Made by a program: the position numbers and the translations under genes
Notes under the pieces: generated by a model
Database searches by the model: none
Told to the model about the DNA's origin: nothing
Seen by the model: only the letters and a program-made list of their open reading frames with translations
Assembly: GCA_963765675.1 (NCBI GenBank)
Contig: CAVXXK010000001.1
Span: 1,504,001-1,568,000, forward strand
From: an uncultured delta proteobacterium
GTDB taxonomy: Bacteria; Desulfobacterota; Binatia; Binatales; Binataceae
Direction of reading: 5' to 3'
DNA: 64,000 nt
Shown here: piece after piece, positions 20,709-30,785 of the stretch
Numbering within the stretch: position 1 is the stretch's first letter
How the letters are laid out: each line of letters opens with the position of its first letter

Positions 20709-22409
20709 TCAGTCGTAAATCCAGGATGCGGCCGTGATTCCCACGATGAGGTAGGCGACCCCGAGGCCAAAGGTCGCAATCGTTGGCCAGACGATTGCGC
20801 TGGCCGGAAGACCGCGAATCATCAGATCGTTGAAGGACTGCATCACCCAGGTGGTCGGCAGCCACTGCGCCATCGTGCGCATCCATCCGGGTTCGAAATC
20901 GATCGGCCACCAGCATCCGCCGATCGCTGACATCGCCATGCTGACGACCGCGCCAAACGCCATGACCGAGTCGTGCGTACGCGCGATGCAGGCGATGATC
21001 AGGCCGAACGCGGAGCCCGCGAACGCGATTGCGGCAGCCGGAACCAGCAGCATCAGCGGATCACTCCCGAGCGAGATGCCGAAGAGCCACCATCCGATCG
21101 CGAACAGCAAAATCATTTGCGCCAGGCCGATCAGGAAGCGCGACAGGAGCTTGCCGACGAGCGTTCCTGCCAGTGGCGCTCCACTGACGCGCAGCCGCGC
21201 AAGCGTGCCCCAATCGCGCTCATCGATTAGGCCCAGCGAAATTCCCATCAGCATCCCGATCAGCAGAAATGTGACCCCGAAACCGGGGACGTATTGATCG
21301 AATGCGTTTACTTGCGTCGTACCGCTGCCGGCCGATAGCTCGGTCCATCCCAGAGCGCCCGGAAGCGTCGGTGTCGCCGTGGTCGAAAGAGATTTGATTT
21401 CTGCGCTGAAATCGGGAGTTGCGAGCGAAGGGATCGCGACGTTCGTGATCGACAGTTTGGGGAGCGTGAGAGCCGGCAGCGCGGGCGTAGGGATTGAAAT
21501 TTCGAGCGGCTTCGATAGCTCGGCCAACTGCGCCTCGGTTGGAGGCGCGGGAAAGGCGGGTGGCGGCGGAATCTCACTGCTGTGCGATCCGGCTGCGGTT
21601 TTGAGGTCGGCGAGCCATCGGTTGAACTCGCGCTCGCTCGCCTGCAGCGCGAGCAAATATTCGCGGACCGCGTTCAACGCGTCGCGCCGCGGCGCGAGCG
21701 AGTTCTCGATCGCGGTTTTGGTCGCGGCTTCCGAGCGCTCCGCGGCCGCGCGCGTCTGTGCCTCCAGGCCGGCAACGGCACTGCGAAGTTGCGCATCGAG
21801 TTCGTGCCCAACTGCGTCCCGACGTGCCATGCCTTCGCGGCGATAGCGCTCGCCCGCGTTTTGCGCCGCAGTTACCTGCGTGGCGAGGTCTTTCAGCCGC
21901 GCCCGCAGCTCCGTGCCTGCCGCTCCGATTCGTGCGCGAGCGGCGTCTTGTGCGTGTGCGGTGATTTCCGCGCACATCCTGCCGAGCTGCAGCTCGAGCC
22001 CCGCTACTTCGATTCGTTTGATCGGATCGACATAGAGCACAATCTGCACGCTGTTCCCGGCCTCGAGCGCGGCGCTGGTGCCTGCGGGAATCAGGATCGC
22101 AAGCGGAGCGCGGCTGCGATGACCAACGATCGCGCGTGCGGCGGCCACGCTTGGGACAATCGCGAGCCTCACTGCGGGCTCGCGTGTGAGTGCCGCGACG
22201 ACGGCCTGCGCAACTGCTCCGTGATCCTGATCGATGAAAGGGATGTCGTATGAGTGTGCGTAAGAGCTCGCGCCGTAGATGTTGCCGAGCGAGAATCCTG
22301 CCACCGCGATAATCACGATCGGAGCCAGCAGCAGCATCGACAGGCCGATCCGGTCTTTCGCCAGCAGTCGGAACTCGTTCAGGAAGATCAGACGGACTGT
22401 TCGGAGCAT
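20709..22409 (-). CDS. ABC-2 type exporter permease with an enlarged extracytoplasmic domain
   Basis: N-terminal TM helix, ERDWGTLARL, GGCWWP and five C-terminal TM helices. Confidence 0.85.
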   Translation of the reverse strand: MLRTVRLIFLNEFRLLAKDRIGLSMLLLAPIVIIAVAGFSLGNIYGASSYAHSYDIPFIDQDHGAVAQAVVAALTREPAVRLAIVPSVAAARAIVGHRSRAPLAILIPAGTSAALEAGNSVQIVLYVDPIKRIEVAGLELQLGRMCAEITAHAQDAARARIGAAGTELRARLKDLATQVTAAQNAGERYRREGMARRDAVGHELDAQLRSAVAGLEAQTRAAAERSEAATKTAIENSLAPRRDALNAVREYLLALQASEREFNRWLADLKTAAGSHSSEIPPPPAFPAPPTEAQLAELSKPLEISIPTPALPALTLPKLSITNVAIPSLATPDFSAEIKSLSTTATPTLPGALGWTELSAGSGTTQVNAFDQYVPGFGVTFLLIGMLMGISLGLIDERDWGTLARLRVSGAPLAGTLVGKLLSRFLIGLAQMILLFAIGWWLFGISLGSDPLMLLVPAAAIAFAGSAFGLIIACIARTHDSVMAFGAVVSMAMSAIGGCWWPIDFEPGWMRTMAQWLPTTWVMQSFNDLMIRGLPASAIVWPTIATFGLGVAYLIVGITAASWIYD

Positions 22410-22412
22410 CGT

Positions 22413-23363
22413 TTATCGCCCCCCGGGTACGTCTTCGCGCAACGCATGTCCGGTCAGCGCGATAAAGGCGTCGGAGAGATTGGGGCTGTGAACGCTGAAT
22501 TCCATCACGCGGCCCCCAATGGCGCGAATCCGCTCCAGGATTTCGCTCACCTGTGCGACGCTTGAGAGTTCGAGGTCGAATTTGCCGTCGATGCGCGCTC
22601 GCGCGAGCTCCTTCACTCCTTCGATCCCTGCGCTCCAGCCGCCGGCTGGCGGTTCCTGAAACGCGATTTCCATCCGCGGATGACGTCCGCCGAGCGTGAT
22701 CAACTCGGCCACCGTGCCTCGCGCGACAGCGCGGCCATAATCAATAAGCAGTGCGCGATCGCAGATGCTCTCGACTTCTTCCATATAGTGCGTGCTGTAG
22801 ACGATTGCGGTGCCGGATTCAGCCGCACCTTTAACTGTCAGCAAAATTTGCTCGCGCGATTGCGGATCGACGCCGACGGTCGGCTCGTCGAGTAGCAGTA
22901 TTTCGGGCCGATGGACCATCGCGCAGGCAAGATTGAGGCGCCGTTTCATTCCGCCGGAGAGAATTGAGACCGGATCGTGCGCTCGTGAACCAAGGCCCAC
23001 AGCCTCGAGCGCGTCGGCGGATGCGGCGGCGGCCTGGCGTTTACCGGCGCCATGAATTCGCGCGAAGAGCTCGAGATTTTGCCGTGCGCTCAAAGTGGGA
23101 TAGAGCGCAATCATCTGCGGAACGTAGCCGAGCTTGCGCCGCAGCGCCTCTCGATCACGTGCCGATGAAAGGCCGGCCAAGCTTACCGTTCCCGAATCGG
23201 GTTCGAGCAGAGTAGCGAGAATCGAAAGCGTGGTGGTCTTGCCCGCGCCATTGGGCCCGAGCAGCCCGACGATCTCACCGCGTTCGACGCTCAGGCTGAC
23301 CCCGTCGAGCGCAACGCGTTCCCCGTAGCTCTTGCGAAGTTCGGTGGCTTCCAGTGCGTTCAT
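22413..23363 (-). CDS. ABC exporter ATP-binding protein
   Basis: GPNGAGKTT, LSGGMKRR and LLLDEPTVGVDPQSR. Confidence 0.93.
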   Translation of the reverse strand: MNALEATELRKSYGERVALDGVSLSVERGEIVGLLGPNGAGKTTTLSILATLLEPDSGTVSLAGLSSARDREALRRKLGYVPQMIALYPTLSARQNLELFARIHGAGKRQAAAASADALEAVGLGSRAHDPVSILSGGMKRRLNLACAMVHRPEILLLDEPTVGVDPQSREQILLTVKGAAESGTAIVYSTHYMEEVESICDRALLIDYGRAVARGTVAELITLGGRHPRMEIAFQEPPAGGWSAGIEGVKELARARIDGKFDLELSSVAQVSEILERIRAIGGRVMEFSVHSPNLSDAFIALTGHALREDVPGGR

Positions 23364-23679
23364 GGTCCGCGTCTATTCGCGCGCGGTGGAGATGACTTTT
23401 TGTAGTGGGCGTTCACCAGATGGAGAAAATCTAGCCGCCGCGCGATTACGCACGCAACCATTTGGGATGTCGCCTCTTTTCGGGATCAGGAAATCGTAAC
23501 GAATGGTTGTCTTTAATAGTCAGAGTCGCTAAGTCCTTGTGTCCCAGTGAGTCTCGCATCGCGAACGCGCTGGCTTCTGAATTATTTTCGTCTGACTCGG
23601 CCCGCGATATGGACTACCGTAAAGACAATGGTTCGCTGGACTCATGGTTGCTGACTGGTCTCTGCGACGGAGTGATTGC

Positions 23680-24732
23680 ATGAGAATTGCCGGTGTGGCG
23701 AGTGAATTTCCGAAACACTCGTATCCGCAGGAAGTGATTACCGCCGCGCTCAAACAGCATTGGGGCGCGAAACTGGATCGGCCGGGCTTGATTGAAAGAC
23801 TGCACTCGCGCGCATTAGTCAAGCGCCGTCATCTTGCCTACCCGATCGAGCGCTATGCAAAGTTCCAGAACTGGGGCGAGACTAACGCCGCGTGGATCGA
23901 AGCCGCCGAGACACTAGGCGCGGCCGCGGTCGATCGCGCGCTTGAACGAGCGGGCATGCGGCGCAGTGATTTGGACGCACTTTACGTAGTCTCGATTACC
24001 GGGGTCGCCAGCCCTTCCCTCGACGCGAAGCTGATCAATCGGATGGGCCTGCGTCCCGACTTGAAGCGCACGCCGATATTCGGCGTCGGATGCGTCGGCG
24101 GAGCAATCGGGCTTACCCGGGCGGCTGACTATGTGCATGGTTTTCCGAATCAGGTCGCGGCGATTCTCTCGGTCGAACTTTGCTCGCTCACGATCCAGCG
24201 CGACGACATTTCTACCGTCAACCTGATTTCAAGCGGTCTGTTTGGCGACGGTGCCGTCGCGGCGATTCTCGCAGGGCGCGAGAGATTGCCGAATCTCCAT
24301 CCCGAGATCGTCAGCACGCGATCGGTCTTTTATCCCGGCACGGAAGACATCATGGGCTGGGACATTTCTGAAAAAGGATTCACGATAGTTCTGTCTCCGA
24401 AGCTGCCCGATCTGATTCGATGCCGCCTCGCGGGCGATGTCGACGCGTTCCTGCGCGACAACGGCCTTGCGCGCGGCGATCTTGGCAGTTGGGTAATTCA
24501 TCCGGGCGGTCCCAAGGTGCTCGAAGCGGTCGAATCCGCACTCGGATTGCGCGATCGCGAGCTTGCAGCCTCGTGGGATTGTCTAAGTCAGGTCGGCAAT
24601 CTGTCGTCAGCGTCGGTGCTGTGCGTGCTCGAAGAGACAATCGAGCGTCGGCGGCCCGCGTCCGGAACGATGGGTCTGATTCTCGCGATGGGGCCCGGCT
24701 TCTGCTCCGAGATGCTGCTGGTCCGATGGTAG
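23680..24732 (+). CDS. Type III polyketide synthase (SrsA/BpsA-like)
   Basis: Cys-His-Asn triad in GVGCVGG, IHPGGPKV and GNLSSAS; C-terminal MGPGF; GGAG RBS. Confidence 0.92.
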   Translation: MRIAGVASEFPKHSYPQEVITAALKQHWGAKLDRPGLIERLHSRALVKRRHLAYPIERYAKFQNWGETNAAWIEAAETLGAAAVDRALERAGMRRSDLDALYVVSITGVASPSLDAKLINRMGLRPDLKRTPIFGVGCVGGAIGLTRAADYVHGFPNQVAAILSVELCSLTIQRDDISTVNLISSGLFGDGAVAAILAGRERLPNLHPEIVSTRSVFYPGTEDIMGWDISEKGFTIVLSPKLPDLIRCRLAGDVDAFLRDNGLARGDLGSWVIHPGGPKVLEAVESALGLRDRELAASWDCLSQVGNLSSASVLCVLEETIERRRPASGTMGLILAMGPGFCSEMLLVRW

Positions 24733-25871
24733 GCGCAGCCGAACGCGCAACTGACGTCTTCGTGATCGGCGGCGGACCCGCAGGGCTTGCGGCTGCCCTG
24801 GCGGCGCGCGCTCGCGGATTTTCTGTGACACTAGCGGACAGCGCGCGTCCTCCAATTGACAAAGCATGCGGCGAAGGCGTGATGCCTCAAGGAGTCGTGG
24901 CGCTGCACCGGCTGGGAGTATCAATCGACCCGGCGGCCTCGCAGCCGTTCCAGGGAATCCGCTTCATCGAAAATGATCTGACGGCCGAAGCGCGCTTTGC
25001 GGGCGCGCATGGAGTTGGCATTCGGCGCATCGCGCTGCATCAGGCGATGGCTCAGGCGGCCGGCGAGCAGGGAGTGACGCTTCGATGGCGCTCCCATATC
25101 GACGCGATCTCCGAGCGAGGCGTTAGCGTGGATGGCGAGACGATCGCCTGCCGATGGATTGTCGGCGCTGACGGGCGCATGTCGCGCATCCGCGACTCGA
25201 TCCGGATCGCCACACCCGCGCGGGCCACGAGGCGAGTCGGTTTTCGCCAGCATTACCGCGTGCGGCCATGGAGCGATGTGGTCGAAGTGTATTGGCATCC
25301 ACTGGGACAAGCCTACGTCACTCCGGTCGGCCCGGAAGAAGTCTGTATCGCGATAACCGGGGCACGCAGCGCGCTGCGCATGGAGGAGCTGCCCCGCGTT
25401 TTCCCCGCGCTGGCGAAACATCTTGTCGGCGCGTCCGCCACGACTTCCGTGCGTGGCAGCGTCTCGGCGTCGCTCAGGCTTCGGGCGGTGATCAAGGGAC
25501 GTGTTGCATTGGTCGGAGACGCGTCGGGCTCGGTTGATTCGATAACCGGCGACGGTATCTCGCTCGCGCTGCGGCAATCGCTCGCGCTGGCCGACGCGAT
25601 GGCATGCGGCGACCTCGCGCTCTATCAGCGCGCGCACGCAAAGATTCTTCTGATGCCGCTCCTGATGGCGTGGGTGCTGGTGACGGTTGGGAAGCGCCGA
25701 TGGCTGCGCGCACGGGTGCTCGCCGCGCTGGCGGTACGCCCGCAAATTTTCTCGCGTCTGCTGGCGGTTCATGCCGGCGAGCTTTCGCCGCGCGCCGTCG
25801 GTCTGGATACGCTCGCCAGTCTTGGCTGGAACATGCTCGCCCAGCGCGCGCCGTACCGGCGTCTTTCGTAA
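24726..25871 (+). CDS. FAD-dependent oxidoreductase/monooxygenase (SrsC-like)
   Basis: VIGGGPAG, DKACGEG, GADG and LVGDASG.D.ITG.G. The start overlaps the PKS stop. Confidence 0.85.
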   Translation: MVGAAERATDVFVIGGGPAGLAAALAARARGFSVTLADSARPPIDKACGEGVMPQGVVALHRLGVSIDPAASQPFQGIRFIENDLTAEARFAGAHGVGIRRIALHQAMAQAAGEQGVTLRWRSHIDAISERGVSVDGETIACRWIVGADGRMSRIRDSIRIATPARATRRVGFRQHYRVRPWSDVVEVYWHPLGQAYVTPVGPEEVCIAITGARSALRMEELPRVFPALAKHLVGASATTSVRGSVSASLRLRAVIKGRVALVGDASGSVDSITGDGISLALRQSLALADAMACGDLALYQRAHAKILLMPLLMAWVLVTVGKRRWLRARVLAALAVRPQIFSRLLAVHAGELSPRAVGLDTLASLGWNMLAQRAPYRRLS

Positions 25872-25949
25872 GCCTTGTCGATGTGACGGTTATATCCATC
25901 TCCTCCGCACCGCCGGGTTTCTGCTAACCTTGCGCGCGGGAGCGCGACG

Positions 25950-26816
25950 ATGGACGAATTCAAGCATCACTACGCGAATCTCAAGGGCGTGCGCATCCAC
26001 TATGTGACGATGGGGCAGGGCGCGCCGATGGTCCTGCTGCACGGATGGCCGCAAACCTGGTACGAATGGCGCCGCCTGATGCCGCTTTTGGCGGACAAGT
26101 ACGCGATGGTTGCACCGGACCTGCGCGGGCTGGGCGATTCGTCGCGCCCATCGTCCGGCTACGACAAGCGCACCGTCGCGAACGACGTGTGGGAGTTGAT
26201 GCACAATCATCTCGGTCACCAGCGCTTTATCGTGGTCGGGCACGATTGGGGTGCGCCGACCGCATTTCGCCTCGCCGCGGACCATCCGAATGAAGTGACG
26301 CACCTGGTGATGCTCGATGTGCCGGTGCCCGGAGATCTTCCCGCCGGCGCCGGAGGCTCGTTCGATCCGCGTGGAGCGCCGCGCTGGCATCATCTTTTTC
26401 ATCAGGTGCCCGACCTGCCAGAAGCGCTGACGACCGGGCGCGAGCGGACCTACCTGGAATTCTTCTTCATGAATGGAATCGATCAGGCGGGCACGTTTTC
26501 CGACGAAGATATTGCGGAGTACGTCCGCACTTATTCGCAGCCGGGCGCGATGCGGGCGGGATTCAATTTCTACCGCGCGCTGTCGCGTGACGTTGAAGAA
26601 AATCGCGCGACTTTTGCGGCGGGATTCAAACTGCCGATGCCCACGCTCGGCTTGGGAGGAGGAGGACCGCGTGGCCGCGGCGAATTGGTCGTCGAGTCTC
26701 TCAAGCGAGTCGCAAAGAGCGCGGCAGGCGGCGCGATCGCGGATTGCGGCCATTTCATTCCCGAGGAAAAGCCGCAAGAACTCGCTGCGCGGCTGCGCGA
26801 GTTTCTTGGCGGATGA
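25950..26816 (+). CDS. Alpha/beta hydrolase, epoxide hydrolase/haloacetate dehalogenase-like
   Basis: LLHGWPQ, PDLRGLG, GHDWG (Asp nucleophile) and GHFIPEE. Confidence 0.9.
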   Translation: MDEFKHHYANLKGVRIHYVTMGQGAPMVLLHGWPQTWYEWRRLMPLLADKYAMVAPDLRGLGDSSRPSSGYDKRTVANDVWELMHNHLGHQRFIVVGHDWGAPTAFRLAADHPNEVTHLVMLDVPVPGDLPAGAGGSFDPRGAPRWHHLFHQVPDLPEALTTGRERTYLEFFFMNGIDQAGTFSDEDIAEYVRTYSQPGAMRAGFNFYRALSRDVEENRATFAAGFKLPMPTLGLGGGGPRGRGELVVESLKRVAKSAAGGAIADCGHFIPEEKPQELAARLREFLGG

Positions 26817-26869
26817 ATCGGATATGAGCGCAGATGTGAGGAGGTTGCGAAGCATGTGCAGCACCCGCG

Positions 26870-27595
26870 ATGACTAAGCGCGCAACCGTTCACGTTCCAA
26901 CCGAATGGCGCAGCGCGCTGGTTCGCGGCCGGTTCACAGTTCTATTGGTTTTGTTGCTGGGACTGGTCGGCGTGGTCCCGTTCTTCGAGGGACATAGCGG
27001 CGCGCTTGCCTTGGTGCGCCTGATGCTTTCGGCGGTGTTGCTGGCGGCGCTCTATGTGAGCACTCGGCACGGTCGCGATCTGATTATCGCCGCCGCGCTG
27101 CTGATCCCGGGGCTCACCGGCAGATGGCTATCGGATTATGGCCTCAACCCCGCACTTGAGGTCGGCGCCGCAATCTGCACAACCGCATTTCTCGCCTTCG
27201 TCACGACCGGAGTGCTGCGACAGGTAATGCGTCCGGGCCGCGTGACCTACGACACGATCAGTGGTGCAATCTGCGCCTACCTCCTGATCGGCGTCACGTT
27301 TTCGTTCGTGTATCTGGCGATGGAATTGGGCTGGCCGGGCGCGTTTACGCTTACCGGCTCGGTCACTTTGGCCAGCCTGGCTAAAACGCATGACGAGCTT
27401 CAGCGGCTCATCTACTACAGCTTCGTGACGCTGACCACGCTTGGCTACGGCGATATCATCCCGGCGATCGGGCCCGCGCGCGCGGTCGCGGCGCTCGAGG
27501 CGATCGTCGGCCAAATGTACGTCGCAATCCTGGTCGCGCGGCTGGTCGCGCTGCATATCCTGCATTCCGAAAGGGAGCGGGAGGCTCGCCAGTGA
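26870..27595 (+). CDS. Potassium channel family protein (Ion_trans_2)
   Basis: YYSFVTLTTLGYGDI selectivity filter and multiple TM helices. Confidence 0.88.
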   Translation: MTKRATVHVPTEWRSALVRGRFTVLLVLLLGLVGVVPFFEGHSGALALVRLMLSAVLLAALYVSTRHGRDLIIAAALLIPGLTGRWLSDYGLNPALEVGAAICTTAFLAFVTTGVLRQVMRPGRVTYDTISGAICAYLLIGVTFSFVYLAMELGWPGAFTLTGSVTLASLAKTHDELQRLIYYSFVTLTTLGYGDIIPAIGPARAVAALEAIVGQMYVAILVARLVALHILHSEREREARQ

Positions 27596-27604
27596 CGCCC
27601 GCGG

Positions 27605-29881
27605 TTACTTGGCGCGCCGCGCAAAGCCTTTGCGCCGGCGCCGGCGTGTCTTGGACTCTTCCTTCTGGCGATTTTCGAACAGATCGATCAGCGCCTGCTG
27701 GCAGTTGCTGGTGGGATCATCAGCGGCAAGCCGGACGTAAGTACCATCCGAGTGCATCTCCCACGCCGCGCGATTGGGCTTGAGCTGCAGATCCAGCACG
27801 GTGCGCAATTCCTTGCGCAGCGCGGGATCTTCGACCGGTGCAACCACTTCCACCCTGCTTTCGAGGTTGCGCTTCATGCAGTCTGCCGAGCCGATCAGAT
27901 ATTCCTCTGCACCGCCGTTTCGGAAGTAATAGACCCGCCCGTGTTCGAGAAAACGTCCGACGATACTGACCACGCGCACGGTCTCCGAAAGACCTGGAAC
28001 TCCCGGTCGCAGGCGGCAAGTGTCGCGCACGATCAGATCGATCTTGACCCCGGCGCGCGCGGCCCGATAAAGCGCGCGCGTGATGTCGGCGTCCTCGAGC
28101 GCATTCATCTTCATCTGGATCAGCCCTGGCGACGCCGGCGAATGAAGCTTGCTCTCGCGCTCGATTTTTTCGATCAGTGCCTTTTTCAGAAAGGCCGGCG
28201 CCGGAATGATCTTCTTGAAGCTTCGTCCGCCCCGATTCCCGGTGGTCAGGAAATTGAAGAGCTGAGTGAGGTCCTGCCCGATAACGTCATCGCAGGTGAT
28301 GATACCGAAGTCGGCGTAGATTCGCGCCGTCCCCGGATGATAGTTGCCAGTGCCTATATGCGCGTATCGGCGCAAGCCGTTGTAGTCCTGGCGTACGACC
28401 AGGATCACCTTGGAGTGCGTCTTCAGGCCCAGCACGCCGTACGTGACATGGATTCCATATTCCTCGAGCCGGCTCGCGAACTGTATATTTGCCGCTTCGT
28501 CGAAGCGCGCCTTCAATTCGACGACCACTGCGACCTGCTTGCCGTTGCGCGCGGCGTCGCAGAGGTAGCCGATAATCTCGGAATCGCTTGAAGTGCGGTA
28601 CAGCGTCATCTTGATCGCGCGCACTTTCGGATCGACACTTGCCTCGCGCAGGAAACGCCCCACCGAGGTCGGAAACGACTCGTACGGATGCATCAGTAAG
28701 ACCGAGCCGACCTCGCGGATGACGTGAAAGATGCTGCGCGAGGGCGTCAGGCGCGGATGGTCCACCGGATGATGCGGAGGATCGTGGAGGGCGGGATTAT
28801 CGACCGCCGCGAGCTCCATCAGGTCGCGCAATGCCAGCATCCCCTCGATCTCGAATACGTCGTCACGCTCGTTGAGGCCGAGCTCAGCGGCTAGCATCCC
28901 ACGATGCACCGGATTCATTCCCTTGACGATTTCCAGGCGCACCATGGGCGCGAAGCGGCGGTCGCGCAGCTCGGACTCAATCAGCTCGAGCAGATCGTCG
29001 GCCTCGTCTTCGTCGCGTTCGGTGTTTGCGTTGCGCGTGACCCTAAAAAATTCACATGCCTCGATCACCATCGTTGGAAACAACAGGTCGAGCGTGTGCG
29101 CGATTACATCTTCGAGCAACACGAAGCGCGTGGTGCCGTCCACCCGCATGAAACGCGGAATTCCCGCCCCGACCGGAATCTTGACTCGCGCCATCGAGGT
29201 GTCGGTCTCGTCCGGAGCGCGCAGCGTGACCAGCAGATTCAGCGACAGGTTCGATACGAAAGGAAAGGGATGCGCCGGGTCCATCGCGAGCGGCGTCATC
29301 AGCGGGAAAATATTGCGGAAGTAGGACTCGCGGATCGCGACGTGCTCGTCGGGCGTCAGCTGCTCCCAAGCGAGCACGTCGATGCCGTATTCGCGCAGCT
29401 TGGCCAGCAGAACCGGCAGCAACGCGCGTTGCTGCGCGTCGAATTCGCGGGCCTGCACGAGGCATTCCGCGATCTGCTGATGCGGGGTGCGCCCGTCGAC
29501 CGTCAACTCGTGCATCCCGGCGACCACTTGCTGCTTCAGGCCGCCGATCCGCTTCATGAAAAATTCGTCGAGGTTCGATGCGGTAATCGCCAGGAACTTG
29601 ACCCGTTCGAGCAGCGGATTGCGCTCGTCGAGCGCCAGTTCGAAGACCCGCCGGTTGAAAGCCAGCCACGTCAGCTCGCGGTTAAGGAACAGCTCAGGCG
29701 CGTTCAGTTCCGGATCGATCTTGACGATCGTGGGCGCTGCCCCGTCGCCCCCGGCCGGCCGCAGATCCGCAATCGGCTCCTTTCCAGCACGCGCCGGAGC
29801 CTTGGCGTCCGGTTGTGCCAAGGGCGCGGCGATGCCGCTCTCAGTGGGTTCGATCTCTGTCATCGCGGTCTGATTGGCCAT
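27605..29881 (-). CDS. ppk1: Polyphosphate kinase 1
   Basis: NRELTWLAFNRRV, NLDEFFMKR, HPYESF, ELKARFDE, GLKTHSK (phospho-His) and GRFLEH. Confidence 0.96.
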   Translation of the reverse strand: MANQTAMTEIEPTESGIAAPLAQPDAKAPARAGKEPIADLRPAGGDGAAPTIVKIDPELNAPELFLNRELTWLAFNRRVFELALDERNPLLERVKFLAITASNLDEFFMKRIGGLKQQVVAGMHELTVDGRTPHQQIAECLVQAREFDAQQRALLPVLLAKLREYGIDVLAWEQLTPDEHVAIRESYFRNIFPLMTPLAMDPAHPFPFVSNLSLNLLVTLRAPDETDTSMARVKIPVGAGIPRFMRVDGTTRFVLLEDVIAHTLDLLFPTMVIEACEFFRVTRNANTERDEDEADDLLELIESELRDRRFAPMVRLEIVKGMNPVHRGMLAAELGLNERDDVFEIEGMLALRDLMELAAVDNPALHDPPHHPVDHPRLTPSRSIFHVIREVGSVLLMHPYESFPTSVGRFLREASVDPKVRAIKMTLYRTSSDSEIIGYLCDAARNGKQVAVVVELKARFDEAANIQFASRLEEYGIHVTYGVLGLKTHSKVILVVRQDYNGLRRYAHIGTGNYHPGTARIYADFGIITCDDVIGQDLTQLFNFLTTGNRGGRSFKKIIPAPAFLKKALIEKIERESKLHSPASPGLIQMKMNALEDADITRALYRAARAGVKIDLIVRDTCRLRPGVPGLSETVRVVSIVGRFLEHGRVYYFRNGGAEEYLIGSADCMKRNLESRVEVVAPVEDPALRKELRTVLDLQLKPNRAAWEMHSDGTYVRLAADDPTSNCQQALIDLFENRQKEESKTRRRRRKGFARRAK

Positions 29882-30027
29882 ACAGCACTCCCCGCAGTCC
29901 CCGAATAATACTATCGCGCCGAATGCGCCTGACGCGACTACCTCCAATGTTGGCAGGAACAATAGCATCGGATTGGCTCGTTGTTATGCGCGTCGCGATC
30001 TTGTAAAGGATAAGACCGTCCTATGGC

Positions 30028-30738
30028 TTGGTCCAAAAAGACCGCCGCCCTACTGCGATTTCTCCTTTGATCAAACCTCGCGACAGCAATAATTCTTCGC
30101 AAAAACTTCGTCTCGTGGTGTCCGCGACGCGGCGCCGCAGAAGGCGCCGACCGGAAGCCGCCGCGTCCGAGATTCTCGAGGCGGCTGAGAAGCTTTTGCG
30201 GCGCAAGCCGTTTCACGCGATTACCGTGGACGAGTTGATGACGCGGACCGGGCTCTCGCGCCCATCGTTCTACGAGTATTTTCGCGATCGTTACGACCTT
30301 GCATTGAAACTGGTCGAGAAAGTGCTCTCGGAAATGGCGCCAATGACCGATCGATGGTTCAGCGGCAAGGACGACCCGGCGGAAGATCTCAGGCGCGGTT
30401 TTGAGGGCATGATCGTCGTCTACCGCGAGCATCGCCATCTCATGCGCGCGCTGGCCGAGGCCGCGATGCAGGACCGTCAGGTCGCGCACGCATACGAAGT
30501 GTTCCTGGATCACATGACCAAATCCACCGCGCGCCGCATCCGCCTCGAGGTGCGCGAAGGCCGGACCATCGCGCTCAACGCTGCGGATGAAGTCGCACGT
30601 GCACTCGTCTTGATGGGCGAGCGGTATCTGAACGAGAAACTCGAGCGCGCTCCGAAAACCGAGTCTCGAGTTCTGACCGATCCTCTGATCACGATTTGGA
30701 TGCGCGTGCTGTACGGGACTCGCCCGAATCCCACGTGA
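30028..30738 (+). CDS. TetR/AcrR family regulator (start uncertain)
   Basis: ILEAAEKL...ITVDELMTRTGLSRPSFYEYF helix-turn-helix. Confidence 0.88.
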   Translation: MVQKDRRPTAISPLIKPRDSNNSSQKLRLVVSATRRRRRRRPEAAASEILEAAEKLLRRKPFHAITVDELMTRTGLSRPSFYEYFRDRYDLALKLVEKVLSEMAPMTDRWFSGKDDPAEDLRRGFEGMIVVYREHRHLMRALAEAAMQDRQVAHAYEVFLDHMTKSTARRIRLEVREGRTIALNAADEVARALVLMGERYLNEKLERAPKTESRVLTDPLITIWMRVLYGTRPNPT

Positions 30739-30785
30739 TAGGCTACGGACGGCGCGGCCAACGCGCCGATGCGAGGCCGATTCCC

